A stretch of DNA of 35,021 nt from an uncultured Chlorobiaceae bacterium (GCA_964353675.1 CAYGXH010000002.1:1-35021); one strand, 5' to 3'. Positions 25,682 to 35,021 are shown, numbered from the stretch's first letter. Numbers and translations are program-made. Notes: generated by a model from the letters alone, not told the origin.

Positions 25682-28295
25682 ATCACAGGAAGCAATTCAA
25701 GATGCTCAGGAAATTGCTGTCAGTTATGGCAATCCATCAATTGAACCTGAACACCTGCTCGCAGCGCTGATTCAGGACAGCGAGGGAATCATTGTACCTC
25801 TCCTCCAGAAAATCGGAACTAACGTCAACTACGTCAAAATAAAAATCAACGACGTGATCGGTAAACTGCCGAAAGTTACCGGAGCAGGTATAGGAAACCA
25901 GTACCTGAGTCAGACAATGACGCAGCTCTTTGATGCCGCTCTCAAGGAAGCACAATCGTTAAAGGATGAATACGTCAGTACCGAACATCTTCTCCTTGCG
26001 CTGGTATCAGGTAAATCTCAGGCATCTCAGCTCCTTATTGGTCAGGGTGTAACAAAAGACCAGATCTACAAAGCGCTGAAGGACATCCGCGGAACCCAGC
26101 GTGTGACAGACCAGACACCGGAGGAAAAATATCAGGCGCTACAGCGATTTGGAAGAGACCTTAACGAACTTGCACGAAAAGGGAAACTTGATCCCGTTAT
26201 CGGCCGCGACGAAGAAATCCGGCGCGTTCTCCAGGTACTATCACGTCGTACTAAGAACAATCCGGTCCTCATTGGTGAACCCGGTGTCGGGAAAACTGCC
26301 ATAGCAGAGGGATTAGCTCAACGTATCATCCAGGGAGATATTCCGGAAAATTTAAAAACCAAGCGAATCATTGCTCTCGACATGGGTGCACTCGTTGCGG
26401 GCACCAGCTTTCGCGGACAATTTGAAGAACGCCTTAAAGCCATCCTAAAGGAAATAACCGAATCTGAAGGGGAAATCATCCTCTTCATTGATGAACTTCA
26501 TACTCTCGTCGGTGCAGGCGCTGCGCAGGGTTCCGTCGATGCGGCTAACATGCTGAAACCTGCTCTCGCCAAGGGGGAACTCCGTGCGATAGGCGCAACA
26601 ACGATCGATGAGTACCGCAAATATATCGAAAAAGATCTTGCACTCGAGCGCCGCTTTCAACCGGTCCTTATCGAGGAACCGTCTGTGGAAGACACCGTTT
26701 CCATCCTTCGGGGATTAAAAGAACGGTACGAAATTCACCATGGCGTCAGGATCATGGACAGCGCTATTGTCGCTGCAGCGGAGCTGAGCCATCGGTATAT
26801 CAGCGACCGCTTTCTTCCAGATAAAGCTATTGATCTGGTTGATGAAGCCGCATCCAAGTTACGAATCGAAATCGACTCCCTCCCCGAAGAACTGGACGAG
26901 ATTGAACGCCGCATCAAGCAGTTGGAAATTGAGCGTGAAGCGGTCAGGCGGGAAACCGATTCAGCAACCCAGTCGCGCCTCGATTCAATTACAAAAGAAA
27001 TCGCAGAACTTAATCAGCACAGGTCTGAACTCCGCGCTCACTGGCAAAATGAAAAAGTACTTATTCAATCGATCCGGACCATGAAAGAGGAGATCGAGAA
27101 GGCAAAGACAGAATCAGAGCAGCAGGAACGCCAGGGAAATCTTGCGAAAGTTGCGGAACTTCGGTACGGCACAATCGTATCGCTGGAAAAAAAGCTGAAA
27201 GAAGCAAGCGGGATGCTTACCGAAACACAAAAAAATAAAAAAATGCTGAAAGAAGAAGTCGATGCCGAGGACATTGCAGAGATCGTCTCGCGATGGACAG
27301 GTATTCCGGTCAGCAGCATGCTTGAAAGTGAAAGGACAAAGCTCCTTCACCTGGAAGAACGACTGCATGAAAGATTAATTGATCAGGACGAAGCAGTCCA
27401 CGCAGTTGCTGATGCAATCCGCAGAAGCCGCGCCGGTTTACAGGATGAAAAACGACCAATAGGTTCGTTTATCTTCCTCGGATCAACGGGTGTCGGAAAA
27501 ACAGAACTTGCCCGGGCATTAGCGGAATTCCTATTCAACGACGAGAACGCCCTGATCCGCATCGATATGAGCGAGTACATGGAAAAATTCTCCGTATCAC
27601 GTCTCATCGGTGCGCCGCCGGGGTACGTTGGTTACGAAGAAGGCGGTCAGCTTACCGAAGCGGTCCGGCGTAAACCGTACTCTGTTGTTCTGCTCGACGA
27701 AATCGAAAAAGCTCATCCAGAAGTTTTTAACCTGTTACTGCAGGTACTCGATGAGGGTCGCCTCACCGACAGCAAAGGGCGGACGGTCAATTTCAAGAAT
27801 ACGATCATCATCATGACATCCAATCTCGGGTCGCAAATGATACAAGAACGTTTGGGTGGTGAATTTATTTCCAACGCGGAAATCGATAACATCTACAGTG
27901 AACTGCGCAGGGCACTCTTCGAAATGCTGCGACAATCCATACGCCCGGAATTCCTCAACCGTATTGATGAAATCATTCTCTTTAAACTCCTCAGCAAAGA
28001 CGAACTGAAAGCTATCATTGAGCTGCAGCTGAATCGCGTAAAGAAAATGCTCGAGCGAAAAAACATAAAACTCGAATTCACCGAGGAAGCGAAAGAATGG
28101 CTCATCAAACTCGGTTATGATCCAACACTCGGAGCACGCCCGCTCAAACGGGTTATCCAGAAATACATCGTCAATAGATTATCGGAAGAAATACTCGCGG
28201 GAACGCTGGCAGACGGCGATACGGTTGAAGTTTCGCTCGATCAGCGTGGACTGATCCGATTCGGCAAACTGGCAGATGCTGAGGTTGTGACCTAG
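25656..28295 (+). CDS. clpB: ATP-dependent chaperone ClpB
   Basis: 879 aa. Clp N-domain, two Walker A motifs ([20 protein letters not shown]), a long coiled-coil middle domain and the GARPLKR sensor motif. Confidence 0.97.
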   Translation: MNLQKFTIKSQEAIQDAQEIAVSYGNPSIEPEHLLAALIQDSEGIIVPLLQKIGTNVNYVKIKINDVIGKLPKVTGAGIGNQYLSQTMTQLFDAALKEAQSLKDEYVSTEHLLLALVSGKSQASQLLIGQGVTKDQIYKALKDIRGTQRVTDQTPEEKYQALQRFGRDLNELARKGKLDPVIGRDEEIRRVLQVLSRRTKNNPVLIGEPGVGKTAIAEGLAQRIIQGDIPENLKTKRIIALDMGALVAGTSFRGQFEERLKAILKEITESEGEIILFIDELHTLVGAGAAQGSVDAANMLKPALAKGELRAIGATTIDEYRKYIEKDLALERRFQPVLIEEPSVEDTVSILRGLKERYEIHHGVRIMDSAIVAAAELSHRYISDRFLPDKAIDLVDEAASKLRIEIDSLPEELDEIERRIKQLEIEREAVRRETDSATQSRLDSITKEIAELNQHRSELRAHWQNEKVLIQSIRTMKEEIEKAKTESEQQERQGNLAKVAELRYGTIVSLEKKLKEASGMLTETQKNKKMLKEEVDAEDIAEIVSRWTGIPVSSMLESERTKLLHLEERLHERLIDQDEAVHAVADAIRRSRAGLQDEKRPIGSFIFLGSTGVGKTELARALAEFLFNDENALIRIDMSEYMEKFSVSRLIGAPPGYVGYEEGGQLTEAVRRKPYSVVLLDEIEKAHPEVFNLLLQVLDEGRLTDSKGRTVNFKNTIIIMTSNLGSQMIQERLGGEFISNAEIDNIYSELRRALFEMLRQSIRPEFLNRIDEIILFKLLSKDELKAIIELQLNRVKKMLERKNIKLEFTEEAKEWLIKLGYDPTLGARPLKRVIQKYIVNRLSEEILAGTLADGDTVEVSLDQRGLIRFGKLADAEVVT

Positions 28296-28303
28296 ACAAG
28301 TAC

Positions 28304-28365
28304 GTATTGTGGGGACAGCGAGAAGAATCGCATCCGTTACGCGAAAAAAACTGTCCCCACGATAC
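28304..28365 (+). terminator. Long stem-loop 9 nt after the clpB stop (possible U-tract-less terminator or 3' stabiliser)
   Basis: GTATTGTGGGGACAG (28304-28318) pairs with CTGTCCCCACGATAC (28351-28365). That is 15 bp including one G-U pair, with a 32-nt loop containing an A7 run. No T-run follows. Confidence 0.35.
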
Positions 28366-28433
28366 ACGTTATCCTTCTAATTGCGAAAGCGTTTCCTTTT
28401 TACTAACTTTCACCCTATCATCATGAATATTTT

Positions 28434-29342
28434 ATGGTATCACTGATCGTACACGGCGGCGCGTGGGACATACCGGACGCAGAAGTTGAAGCACACCGGA
28501 AAGGTTGCCTCACCGCTCTCAAAATAGGATGGAAAATCCTTAAAAACGGGGGAAGCGCCATCGATGCAGTTGAACAGACAATCCGGCAACTGGAAGACGA
28601 CGAAACATTCGACGCGGGTTATGGTTCCCATCTTAATCAGATCGGAATGGTTGAGCTTGATGCCAGTATAATGACCGGAACATCACTCCACTGCGGTGCC
28701 GTCGCAGCGGTGCATCGGGTGAAAAATCCGATATCGCTTGCACGCACAATTATGGAAGAGAGCGAGCACGTCCTGCTCGTCGGCGAAGGCGCGGAACGCT
28801 ATGCTGCGGAACACGGCATATCATTGTGCGATCCGAAAAGTCTGATCAGCGCCCGGGAGCAAAAGCGGTGGAATGTCCTGAAGATATACAAGGGCTTTAC
28901 AACACGCGACGCCTTCAGGAAAAAGAATATGCCGTCAGATACAGTGGGAGCGGTTGCCAGAGATGCCAACGATGAGATCTGCGCAGGCAATTCAACCGGC
29001 GGGACATTCAATAAGTATGTGGGGCGTGTCGGAGATACACCACTCATAGGCTGCGGAACATATGCCGACCACGACATCGGCGGCGTATCAACCACAGGAT
29101 GGGGAGAAGCGATAATAAAAATCGTCATGGCAAAGACCGTTATCGATTTTATGGATATGAACGGCGGTCAGCCTCAGTCTGCCATCGAAAAGGCGCTGGA
29201 TCAGCTTCACCGGAAAGTTGACGGTTTTGGCGGTGCTATCGCACTGAATAAAGACGGCGCTATCGGCGTAGCTTATAATACACCGCGTATGGCGCGCGCA
29301 TATATGAGCGATAAAATGAGTGAACCTTTCGCCGATGTATGA
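28434..29342 (+). CDS. Isoaspartyl peptidase / L-asparaginase (Ntn-hydrolase, asparaginase-2 family)
   Basis: HGGAW N-terminus, DTVGAVARD, autocleavage/nucleophile context NSTGGTFNK, GDTPLIGCGTYA. Confidence 0.88.
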   Translation: MVSLIVHGGAWDIPDAEVEAHRKGCLTALKIGWKILKNGGSAIDAVEQTIRQLEDDETFDAGYGSHLNQIGMVELDASIMTGTSLHCGAVAAVHRVKNPISLARTIMEESEHVLLVGEGAERYAAEHGISLCDPKSLISAREQKRWNVLKIYKGFTTRDAFRKKNMPSDTVGAVARDANDEICAGNSTGGTFNKYVGRVGDTPLIGCGTYADHDIGGVSTTGWGEAIIKIVMAKTVIDFMDMNGGQPQSAIEKALDQLHRKVDGFGGAIALNKDGAIGVAYNTPRMARAYMSDKMSEPFADV

Positions 29343-30655
29343 ATCCGGCATCGTTGACAGGGCATATCCTCGAACTCCAACGCAGTATTGAACGAAGCAC
29401 TTACCCGCCAGACCGTATTGTAACGGATTTCTTTCGATCACGGAAATACCTGGGATCTCACGATCGAAGAGCAATCGCGAACGCTGTCTTTGGTCTTCTC
29501 CGTCACCGAAGATTCACTGAAACCCTCCTTGAGCAATTCTCAAAGAACCACCCCGGCACAGAAATTTTGTCAGATCCGGCAGTTCGTGCTCTTCCAATCT
29601 TTGTTTGCTACAGCGAACTGGTCGATGCCGGTGTAAAGGTTCCATCCGCATTCTGGAAAACACATTTCCCGAATATCGATCTTTCTCAGTATATCACGTG
29701 GATCAAGGAAAATTCCTCGCTTACTTATTTAGTGGATGATAATATCCAACGACTCGGCGTTCAGTACTCATTCCCCGATTGGATGGTCCGCGCCTGGAAT
29801 GATCATATTGGGGATGAAACTGAGGATCTCCTGCGCGGACTCAACACGCCGGCGCCAACAGCACTGCGTGTAAATCTTCTGCTCGCCGACCGAACTGAAT
29901 GTCAACGCAGACTCGGGGAAGAAGGAATCGAAACTGAGTTTACAAAAATATCGCCCGCCGGACTAATTGCCGGGAAACGGTTCAACAGCGAAGCTTCGGC
30001 AGCATACAAGGACGGCTGGTTTGAAATACAGGACGAAGGGAGCCAGTTAATCTCGCTATTGGCTCAGCCTCGGCCTGGTAATGTAGTCATCGACGCCTGT
30101 GCCGGCGCGGGTGGAAAATCGCTCCACATGGCCGAATTGATGAAGAATGAAGGTGAAATTATAGCCCTCGATATTGATTCAAAACGACTGAACAAACTCC
30201 GAAAAAGGGTAGAGAGAGCGCACATCACAATTATTCGATCCTATATCGAGAACGAGATACAGCGGGACGACCTTTTAGGGAAGGCCGATTTTGTTCTCAT
30301 CGATGCGCCGTGCAGCGGCAGCGGAACGATTCGTCGCAATCCGGGTCTAAAATGGAGTCTTACACCCTCACTCGTAAAACATTATTCGGAACAGCAGCTC
30401 AGTATACTCGACCGGACTATCCCTTTCCTAAAACCAGATGGGACAATGCTTTATGCTACCTGCTCGCTATTTACTGACGAGAATGAAACCGTCGTGAGGG
30501 CATTTTTGGAAAATAATTCGGGGTATCGCGTCTGCTCCATCGAGGATCGTCTTACCGCCTTTAACCTCACACCTCACACCTCCATGCTCAATCTCTTCCC
30601 GCATCGTCATCAGACCGACGGATTCTTTGCCGCGATTATCAAACGGAATTCTTGA
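29339..30655 (+). CDS. rsmB: 16S rRNA (cytosine-C5)-methyltransferase, RsmB/Sun (NOL1/NOP2/Sun) family
   Basis: SAM motif DACAGAGGKS, catalytic DAPCSGSGTIRRNP and YATCS motifs, NusB-like N-terminal region. Its ATG overlaps the upstream stop (ATGA). Confidence 0.85.
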   Translation: MNPASLTGHILELQRSIERSTYPPDRIVTDFFRSRKYLGSHDRRAIANAVFGLLRHRRFTETLLEQFSKNHPGTEILSDPAVRALPIFVCYSELVDAGVKVPSAFWKTHFPNIDLSQYITWIKENSSLTYLVDDNIQRLGVQYSFPDWMVRAWNDHIGDETEDLLRGLNTPAPTALRVNLLLADRTECQRRLGEEGIETEFTKISPAGLIAGKRFNSEASAAYKDGWFEIQDEGSQLISLLAQPRPGNVVIDACAGAGGKSLHMAELMKNEGEIIALDIDSKRLNKLRKRVERAHITIIRSYIENEIQRDDLLGKADFVLIDAPCSGSGTIRRNPGLKWSLTPSLVKHYSEQQLSILDRTIPFLKPDGTMLYATCSLFTDENETVVRAFLENNSGYRVCSIEDRLTAFNLTPHTSMLNLFPHRHQTDGFFAAIIKRNS

Positions 30656-30717
30656 TTTTGCATCTTCTTTTTTCAATTCGTAGATTTGATTATTCATAGA
30701 CTAAAAGGGATCAAACC

Positions 30718-31239
30718 ATGAAAGTATCGATAGTCATTTTCATCATTTTGTTATCCATTAGCGGTTGTGCGAAAAAATCCGACTCACAGCTTTATACGGA
30801 AGGGAAAGATGCCGAATCACGCAAGGATTTTCAATCGGCTGCCGAACTGTACGAGGAAGTATTGGACCGTTTCCAGACCAGTCCGTACGCGGAGAGTTCG
30901 CTCAGTCGTCTTGCGTACATGTACAACAACGATATAAAAGATTCACAAAAAGCGCTTGAGGCGTACAAACGGTTCTACCAGCTTTTTCCAACACGCAAGC
31001 AGGCTCCCACAATGTTATTCCTTTCGGCGTTTATTTATAACAACGAGCTTCACATGCTCGACAGTGCGCGTCAAGGTTATGAACTCTTCCTCCAGAAATA
31101 TCCTGACCATGAACTTGCATCATCTGCTCAATTCGAGCTCGCAAATCTGGGCAAGGATCCTGACGAACTTATCATCAAGCAGGCACCTGCAAACGAAAAG
31201 GCACTTACTGAAAAGAGCAAGAAGGCAACTGCGAAGTGA
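30718..31239 (+). CDS. TPR-repeat lipoprotein (YbgF/BamD-like TPR units)
   Basis: Lipobox LLSISGC. Repeated Tyr/Pro-containing helical units (FQTSPYAESSLSRLAYMY, QKYPDHELASSAQFELANL). Confidence 0.7.
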   Translation: MKVSIVIFIILLSISGCAKKSDSQLYTEGKDAESRKDFQSAAELYEEVLDRFQTSPYAESSLSRLAYMYNNDIKDSQKALEAYKRFYQLFPTRKQAPTMLFLSAFIYNNELHMLDSARQGYELFLQKYPDHELASSAQFELANLGKDPDELIIKQAPANEKALTEKSKKATAK

Positions 31240-32144
31240 ATCAATCTCGGCAGGAGTATCGTAAATATCTCCAACCCGATGTCGTTGCAAAGCTTACCAA
31301 CATGGAACTGGTTGCACGCCTCGTTGTCGAGGGTTTCATTACGGGTCTGCATAAGAGTCCATATCACGGCTTCAGCGTAGAATTTGCTGAACACCGCCAG
31401 TACATGCCCGGCGATGAGATCAAGCACATTGACTGGAAAATTTATGGTAAAACCGACCGCTACTACATCAAACAATTTGAAGAAGAAACAAACCTCAAAG
31501 CATATATTATTCTTGACGCAAGCAAGTCGATGGGATATGCTTCGGACGGCAAGCTCACGAAGCTTGAATACGCGTCTTACATAACTGCCGCACTTGCCCA
31601 GCTTATGGTTCAGCAGCGTGACGCGGTAGGATTCACAATTTATGATGAATCGATCCGGCTCTACATGCCTCCACACGCAACCAAGCAATATCTGAAGGAA
31701 ATACTCCGCCAGCTCGAAATATTGAAACCTTCCGGGAAAACATCCACTGCCAATTCCCTCCACACAATCGCCGAACGGATTAAACGGCGCGGACTTATCA
31801 TTATTCTCAGCGATCTTTTTGATACACCGGCCGAAGTCATGACCGCCCTGCGGCATTTCAGGCATAAGAAAAACGAAGTAATCGTCATGCAGATTCTGGA
31901 TCCTCTGGAGCGCAGTTTTGCGTTCGGTCGTGATGCAGTTTTTAAGGATTTAGAGACAACCGAAGAGCTTATAACACGACCGTGGCATATTCAGAGGGCA
32001 TACCAGGAGGGAATGAGAAAGTTCATTGATATCTATAAGAAGGAGTGCCGCGAGCACAATATAGACTATGTACTTCTCGATACATCAACTCCATTCGATA
32101 CCGCACTCTTCGAATATTTACACAAGCGGCGCAGAATAGGTTAA
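31236..32144 (+). CDS. DUF58 domain protein (vWA-like, normally MoxR-associated)
   Basis: Core block HKSPYHGFSVEFAEHRQYMPGDEIKHIDWKIYGKTDRYYIKQFEEE followed by ILDASKSMGY. The GTG start overlaps the upstream TGA (GTGA). Confidence 0.85.
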   Translation: MNQSRQEYRKYLQPDVVAKLTNMELVARLVVEGFITGLHKSPYHGFSVEFAEHRQYMPGDEIKHIDWKIYGKTDRYYIKQFEEETNLKAYIILDASKSMGYASDGKLTKLEYASYITAALAQLMVQQRDAVGFTIYDESIRLYMPPHATKQYLKEILRQLEILKPSGKTSTANSLHTIAERIKRRGLIIILSDLFDTPAEVMTALRHFRHKKNEVIVMQILDPLERSFAFGRDAVFKDLETTEELITRPWHIQRAYQEGMRKFIDIYKKECREHNIDYVLLDTSTPFDTALFEYLHKRRRIG

Positions 32145-32154
32145 GCAGTTGCTG

Positions 32155-32183
32155 TTGATTTTCATGAATAATTTTTCTAAAAT
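32155..32183 (+). promoter_or_regulatory. Candidate sigma70-type promoter of the first Ig-like lipoprotein gene
   Basis: TTGATT-ttcatgaataatttttc-TAAAAT (17-nt spacer). SD GGAGG at 32229-32233 lies before the ATG. Confidence 0.4.
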
Positions 32184-32239
32184 TCACCTATAAACCATCA
32201 GCCGTTAGAGTTTTACAAACATTATACGGAGGTACTGCT

Positions 32240-33601
32240 ATGCGGCGCGGATTTCCGATTATTGTCATCATAGTTTTGGTTGCCCAGGGTTGTACGGATT
32301 TATCTCAACCTGGTGTTGAGTTACTTACGGATCCCAATATAAAACCAAAAGTCATTTCCACATATCCACCGATGAACAGCCAAGGACCATATATTGATAT
32401 AAATGTCTATCGGGGAAATTCATACCCAATCGAAATCCGTTTCAATAAAATTATGAACCGTCTATCTGTTTTAAGCAATTTTTCTTTTAAATCTTCGTTA
32501 AATGAAAGGTATATTATTGACAACGAGCATATGCAGACATATGGTGGTGATCTATATTATTTTAATCCATTTGATTCAGTTTCCTGGGATTATTTTAGCT
32601 ATTCAAACGCAAAACTAGAAGAAACTTTTACAATCGCATTGTCTTCAGACGCAAAGGACATTAATGGTAATACGCTATCGTTTCCATTTAGTATGACACT
32701 TGTTCCGGAACCATATTTTAGAATCAAAGATGTTCATCCACCAAATGGAACCCTTAATTTCCCTGCAAATTCTGTAATCATACTTATTTTAAACAGTCCT
32801 GTAAATAATAAATTCCTTGACTACATTTCCATTAACCCTATACTAGAAGGTCTATGGACAATCCCTATAAATGATTCAGCACAAATCCTTTATAACTATA
32901 CTATTCTTCCTGCCAATCAATCGTACACAATAACTGTAAGTGAGGGAGCACCTGATAAATATGACCATCTGTTGAAAACAAGTTTTTCCTCAAGTTTTTC
33001 TACACCCAATTTTTTTATTACAGATAGTTATCCAAATACAAGAAACGCACTTTTAAGCTCAACTATTAGAGTTACACTTTCAGTTTCTATGGATACCTCA
33101 ACATTGCAACAATCGTTTCACATTACTCCAAATACCGAAGGTACTATTTTATTAAATGAAAAAGCCGCAACAATATATTTTTATCCAGAACTGGAACTAT
33201 TACCAAACGCTTTTTATACAATAACAATCGATACGACTTTAAAATCATCGAATGGTTATGACTTGTCAGATACCTATACTTATTCATTCAATACACCGAT
33301 ATTTACTGTGCGATCCCAGTACCCTAATCCATATGATACAAAATTCAGTAATACATCGACGATAAAAATCTATTTTACTGCCCTTCTTGACACAAGTACG
33401 ATACGATCAGCTTTTCATATTAATCCTGAGGTGACGGGTTATTTAGATTATGCTTATTATAATGATTTTATTTTTTTTACACCTAAAGACAAATTTGAGG
33501 CATATACAACTTACACAATAACGATAGATAGTACACTGCGCAGTATCGGAGGATTATATCTACCAAAACCACACATGTTTTCATTTGCTACAAGATATTA
33601 A
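32240..33601 (+). CDS. Lipoprotein with four SbsA/Big_5-like Ig domains (low-GC paralog)
   Basis: Lipobox-like VLVAQGC. Four ~100-aa repeats with the pattern DTSTxxxxFHIxP...G...FxP...LxxxxxYTITID. Rich in Asn/Ile/Tyr, reflecting AT-rich DNA. Collinear with the next gene. Confidence 0.7.
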   Translation: MRRGFPIIVIIVLVAQGCTDLSQPGVELLTDPNIKPKVISTYPPMNSQGPYIDINVYRGNSYPIEIRFNKIMNRLSVLSNFSFKSSLNERYIIDNEHMQTYGGDLYYFNPFDSVSWDYFSYSNAKLEETFTIALSSDAKDINGNTLSFPFSMTLVPEPYFRIKDVHPPNGTLNFPANSVIILILNSPVNNKFLDYISINPILEGLWTIPINDSAQILYNYTILPANQSYTITVSEGAPDKYDHLLKTSFSSSFSTPNFFITDSYPNTRNALLSSTIRVTLSVSMDTSTLQQSFHITPNTEGTILLNEKAATIYFYPELELLPNAFYTITIDTTLKSSNGYDLSDTYTYSFNTPIFTVRSQYPNPYDTKFSNTSTIKIYFTALLDTSTIRSAFHINPEVTGYLDYAYYNDFIFFTPKDKFEAYTTYTITIDSTLRSIGGLYLPKPHMFSFATRY

Positions 33602-33635
33602 TTATAAAATCTAAAACATACGAAATGATAATCTC

Positions 33636-35021
33636 ATGAAAAATTTATTCTTATCGCTGTCCTTAATGATGATCACACTTTTCAATATTAGCTGCCGTGG
33701 TCCTGAGGGGCCACAGGGACCGCAGGGTGATCCGGGACCGAATCTCAATGCCCTTACTGACCCTTCAATCATGCCGGTAGTATTATCGACATATCCACCC
33801 GTAAACAGCGAGGGACCGTACGCCGACTTCGGAACCAGTCAGATTCAGATTCGCTTCAATAAAATTATGGATCGCGCATCGGTTATCCGTGCCCTGAGAA
33901 TCGGCTCCAACCGGCGGCCTGTTATCATTGACACAACCGAGGTTCATTCCGTCGGGGGAGATGTTTTTACATTTCACCCCATCGACAATTTTAATCTGCC
34001 CATAACGCTCTGGAAAATACGCGAACGCGATACAGTTACCATAGATACCACAGCGAGGGATATCAACGGAAATTTCCTTTCCTCTCTATATAAGTTTACG
34101 TTCATGCCAGAACCCAAATTTCGTGTTGTCAGTGTATTTCCGCCTCATGGCGCCGCCGGTATTCCCGCCGATACAGTCATCCGCATCGTCTTCAACAGTC
34201 AGGTTGGTTTATATATAGGCGACAATACACGGATCAATCCGTCCGTCGGCGGCAGATGGTACCTCGACGATCCAATGGGCGACAAAACATCGATTCACTT
34301 TCTACCCACAACGACGTTCTCAACTAACACGGAGTACACGATAACCATCAACGGATTAACCTCGGATCTGGATGGTTACCAGCTTGGCGAAAACTACATC
34401 TGGTCATTCACGACCGGGGCATTTGAGATTCTCACGGTGAATCCGCCGGACGGCAGCATCGAAGTGCCTCTCTACCGGCCTCTTACCGTATTTCTCACAT
34501 CACAGCTCGATACGGGGACGATACGATCTTCCATAACTATTTCCCCACCCACGCCTGGGAAATTAAGTTTCTTTGAACGATTTACGGGCTTTACATTTGC
34601 TCCGGATCCTGAACTTCTTCCCGACACTCCTTACACGATCCGCATCGATACGACGATCCGCTCTCTCCTCGGCGAACGCATTTCGGCGCCTCAGGAATAT
34701 AACTTCAGAACTGACATATTCAGGGTTATATTGACCTCACCATATCAAAATCAGCGAAACGTTACCCGCTTCCTCTTCCGCATTGAGGTGTACTTCAACT
34801 CACTGATCGATACGGGAACGATCAGGACAGCATTTAATGTTCCCGGCATTCAAGGACGTTTTGAATTCACCGAAAACTCAAATTACTTCTACTATTATCC
34901 CACAAACGCTCCGCTTCCGCCGAATACGACATTTCTCATCGGTATCTCGCGCGGCGTGCGTTCAAAGGGCGGTATTCAGCTTGGTGCTGCATATACATCA
35001 ATATTTACGGCAAGTCCATAG
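33636..35021 (+). CDS. Lipoprotein with four SbsA/Big_5-like Ig domains and a short collagen-like linker
   Basis: Signal segment ending in NISC, then GPEGPQGPQGDPGPN. The same N-terminal module as the previous gene (LTDPSIMPVVLSTYPPVNSEGPY...IRFNKIMDRASV). Repeats contain DTGTIRSSITISP and DTGTIRTAFNVPG. The stop TAG is the last codon of the window. Confidence 0.7.
   Translation: MKNLFLSLSLMMITLFNISCRGPEGPQGPQGDPGPNLNALTDPSIMPVVLSTYPPVNSEGPYADFGTSQIQIRFNKIMDRASVIRALRIGSNRRPVIIDTTEVHSVGGDVFTFHPIDNFNLPITLWKIRERDTVTIDTTARDINGNFLSSLYKFTFMPEPKFRVVSVFPPHGAAGIPADTVIRIVFNSQVGLYIGDNTRINPSVGGRWYLDDPMGDKTSIHFLPTTTFSTNTEYTITINGLTSDLDGYQLGENYIWSFTTGAFEILTVNPPDGSIEVPLYRPLTVFLTSQLDTGTIRSSITISPPTPGKLSFFERFTGFTFAPDPELLPDTPYTIRIDTTIRSLLGERISAPQEYNFRTDIFRVILTSPYQNQRNVTRFLFRIEVYFNSLIDTGTIRTAFNVPGIQGRFEFTENSNYFYYYPTNAPLPPNTTFLIGISRGVRSKGGIQLGAAYTSIFTASP
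33699..33743 (+). repeat. Five consecutive Gly-X-Y triplets (collagen-like)
   Basis: GPE-GPQ-GPQ-GDP-GPN starts two residues after the putative lipidated Cys. Confidence 0.6.

Noticed and set aside
31128-31865. 245-aa minus-strand ORF overlapping the TPR lipoprotein and DUF58 genes
   Set aside because: The plus-strand DUF58 core motif is unambiguous. The antisense product has no motif and crosses a gene boundary.
1-35021. Search for CRISPR arrays, tRNA/rRNA genes, IS elements, integrases, toxin-antitoxin pairs or known defence genes
   Set aside because: I could see no spaced direct-repeat arrays and no cloverleaf-sized conserved intergenic segments. No ORF carries transposase, integrase or nuclease hallmark motifs. 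The largest non-coding gaps (224, 153, 138 and 108 nt) are accounted for by promoters and hairpins.

Overview
This 35-kb chromosomal segment is mostly core housekeeping genes. It probably comes from an FCB-superphylum bacterium (Ignavibacteria/Chlorobi-like). That guess is inferred from a T9SS-type C-terminal sorting domain, a DUF3276/PUR-like gene, a PEGA protein and acpP-fabF-rnc synteny. The intergenic promoters nevertheless look sigma70-like (TTGACT-N17-TATATT). All genes from 128 to 23187 are on the minus strand: a CoA-binding protein, rnc, the fabF-acpP-fabG-fabD-fabH-plsX-rpmF-yceD lipid/ribosomal operon, a PUR-like protein, a T9SS-tagged beta-propeller protein, ribH, a PHP phosphoesterase, a Crp/Fnr regulator, a three-gene envelope module (PEGA protein, BamB-like propeller, 950-aa HExxH-PD40-Omp85 fusion), PGI/PMI, ptsI-ptsH, a polyprenyl synthase, coaX and birA. 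After a 224-bp divergent region the genes run on the plus strand: dnaK, a small membrane ORF, clpB, isoaspartyl peptidase/asparaginase, rsmB, a TPR lipoprotein, DUF58 and two tandem four-domain Ig-like lipoprotein paralogs. I found no rRNA, tRNA, CRISPR, transposase, integrase or recognisable defence gene. The least ordinary loci are the translationally coupled outer-membrane module (12400-17282) and the Ig-like lipoprotein pair, one copy of which sits in a sharply low-GC island (32145-33690). Neither is proven novel. Everything rests on reading motifs by eye, with no database search.
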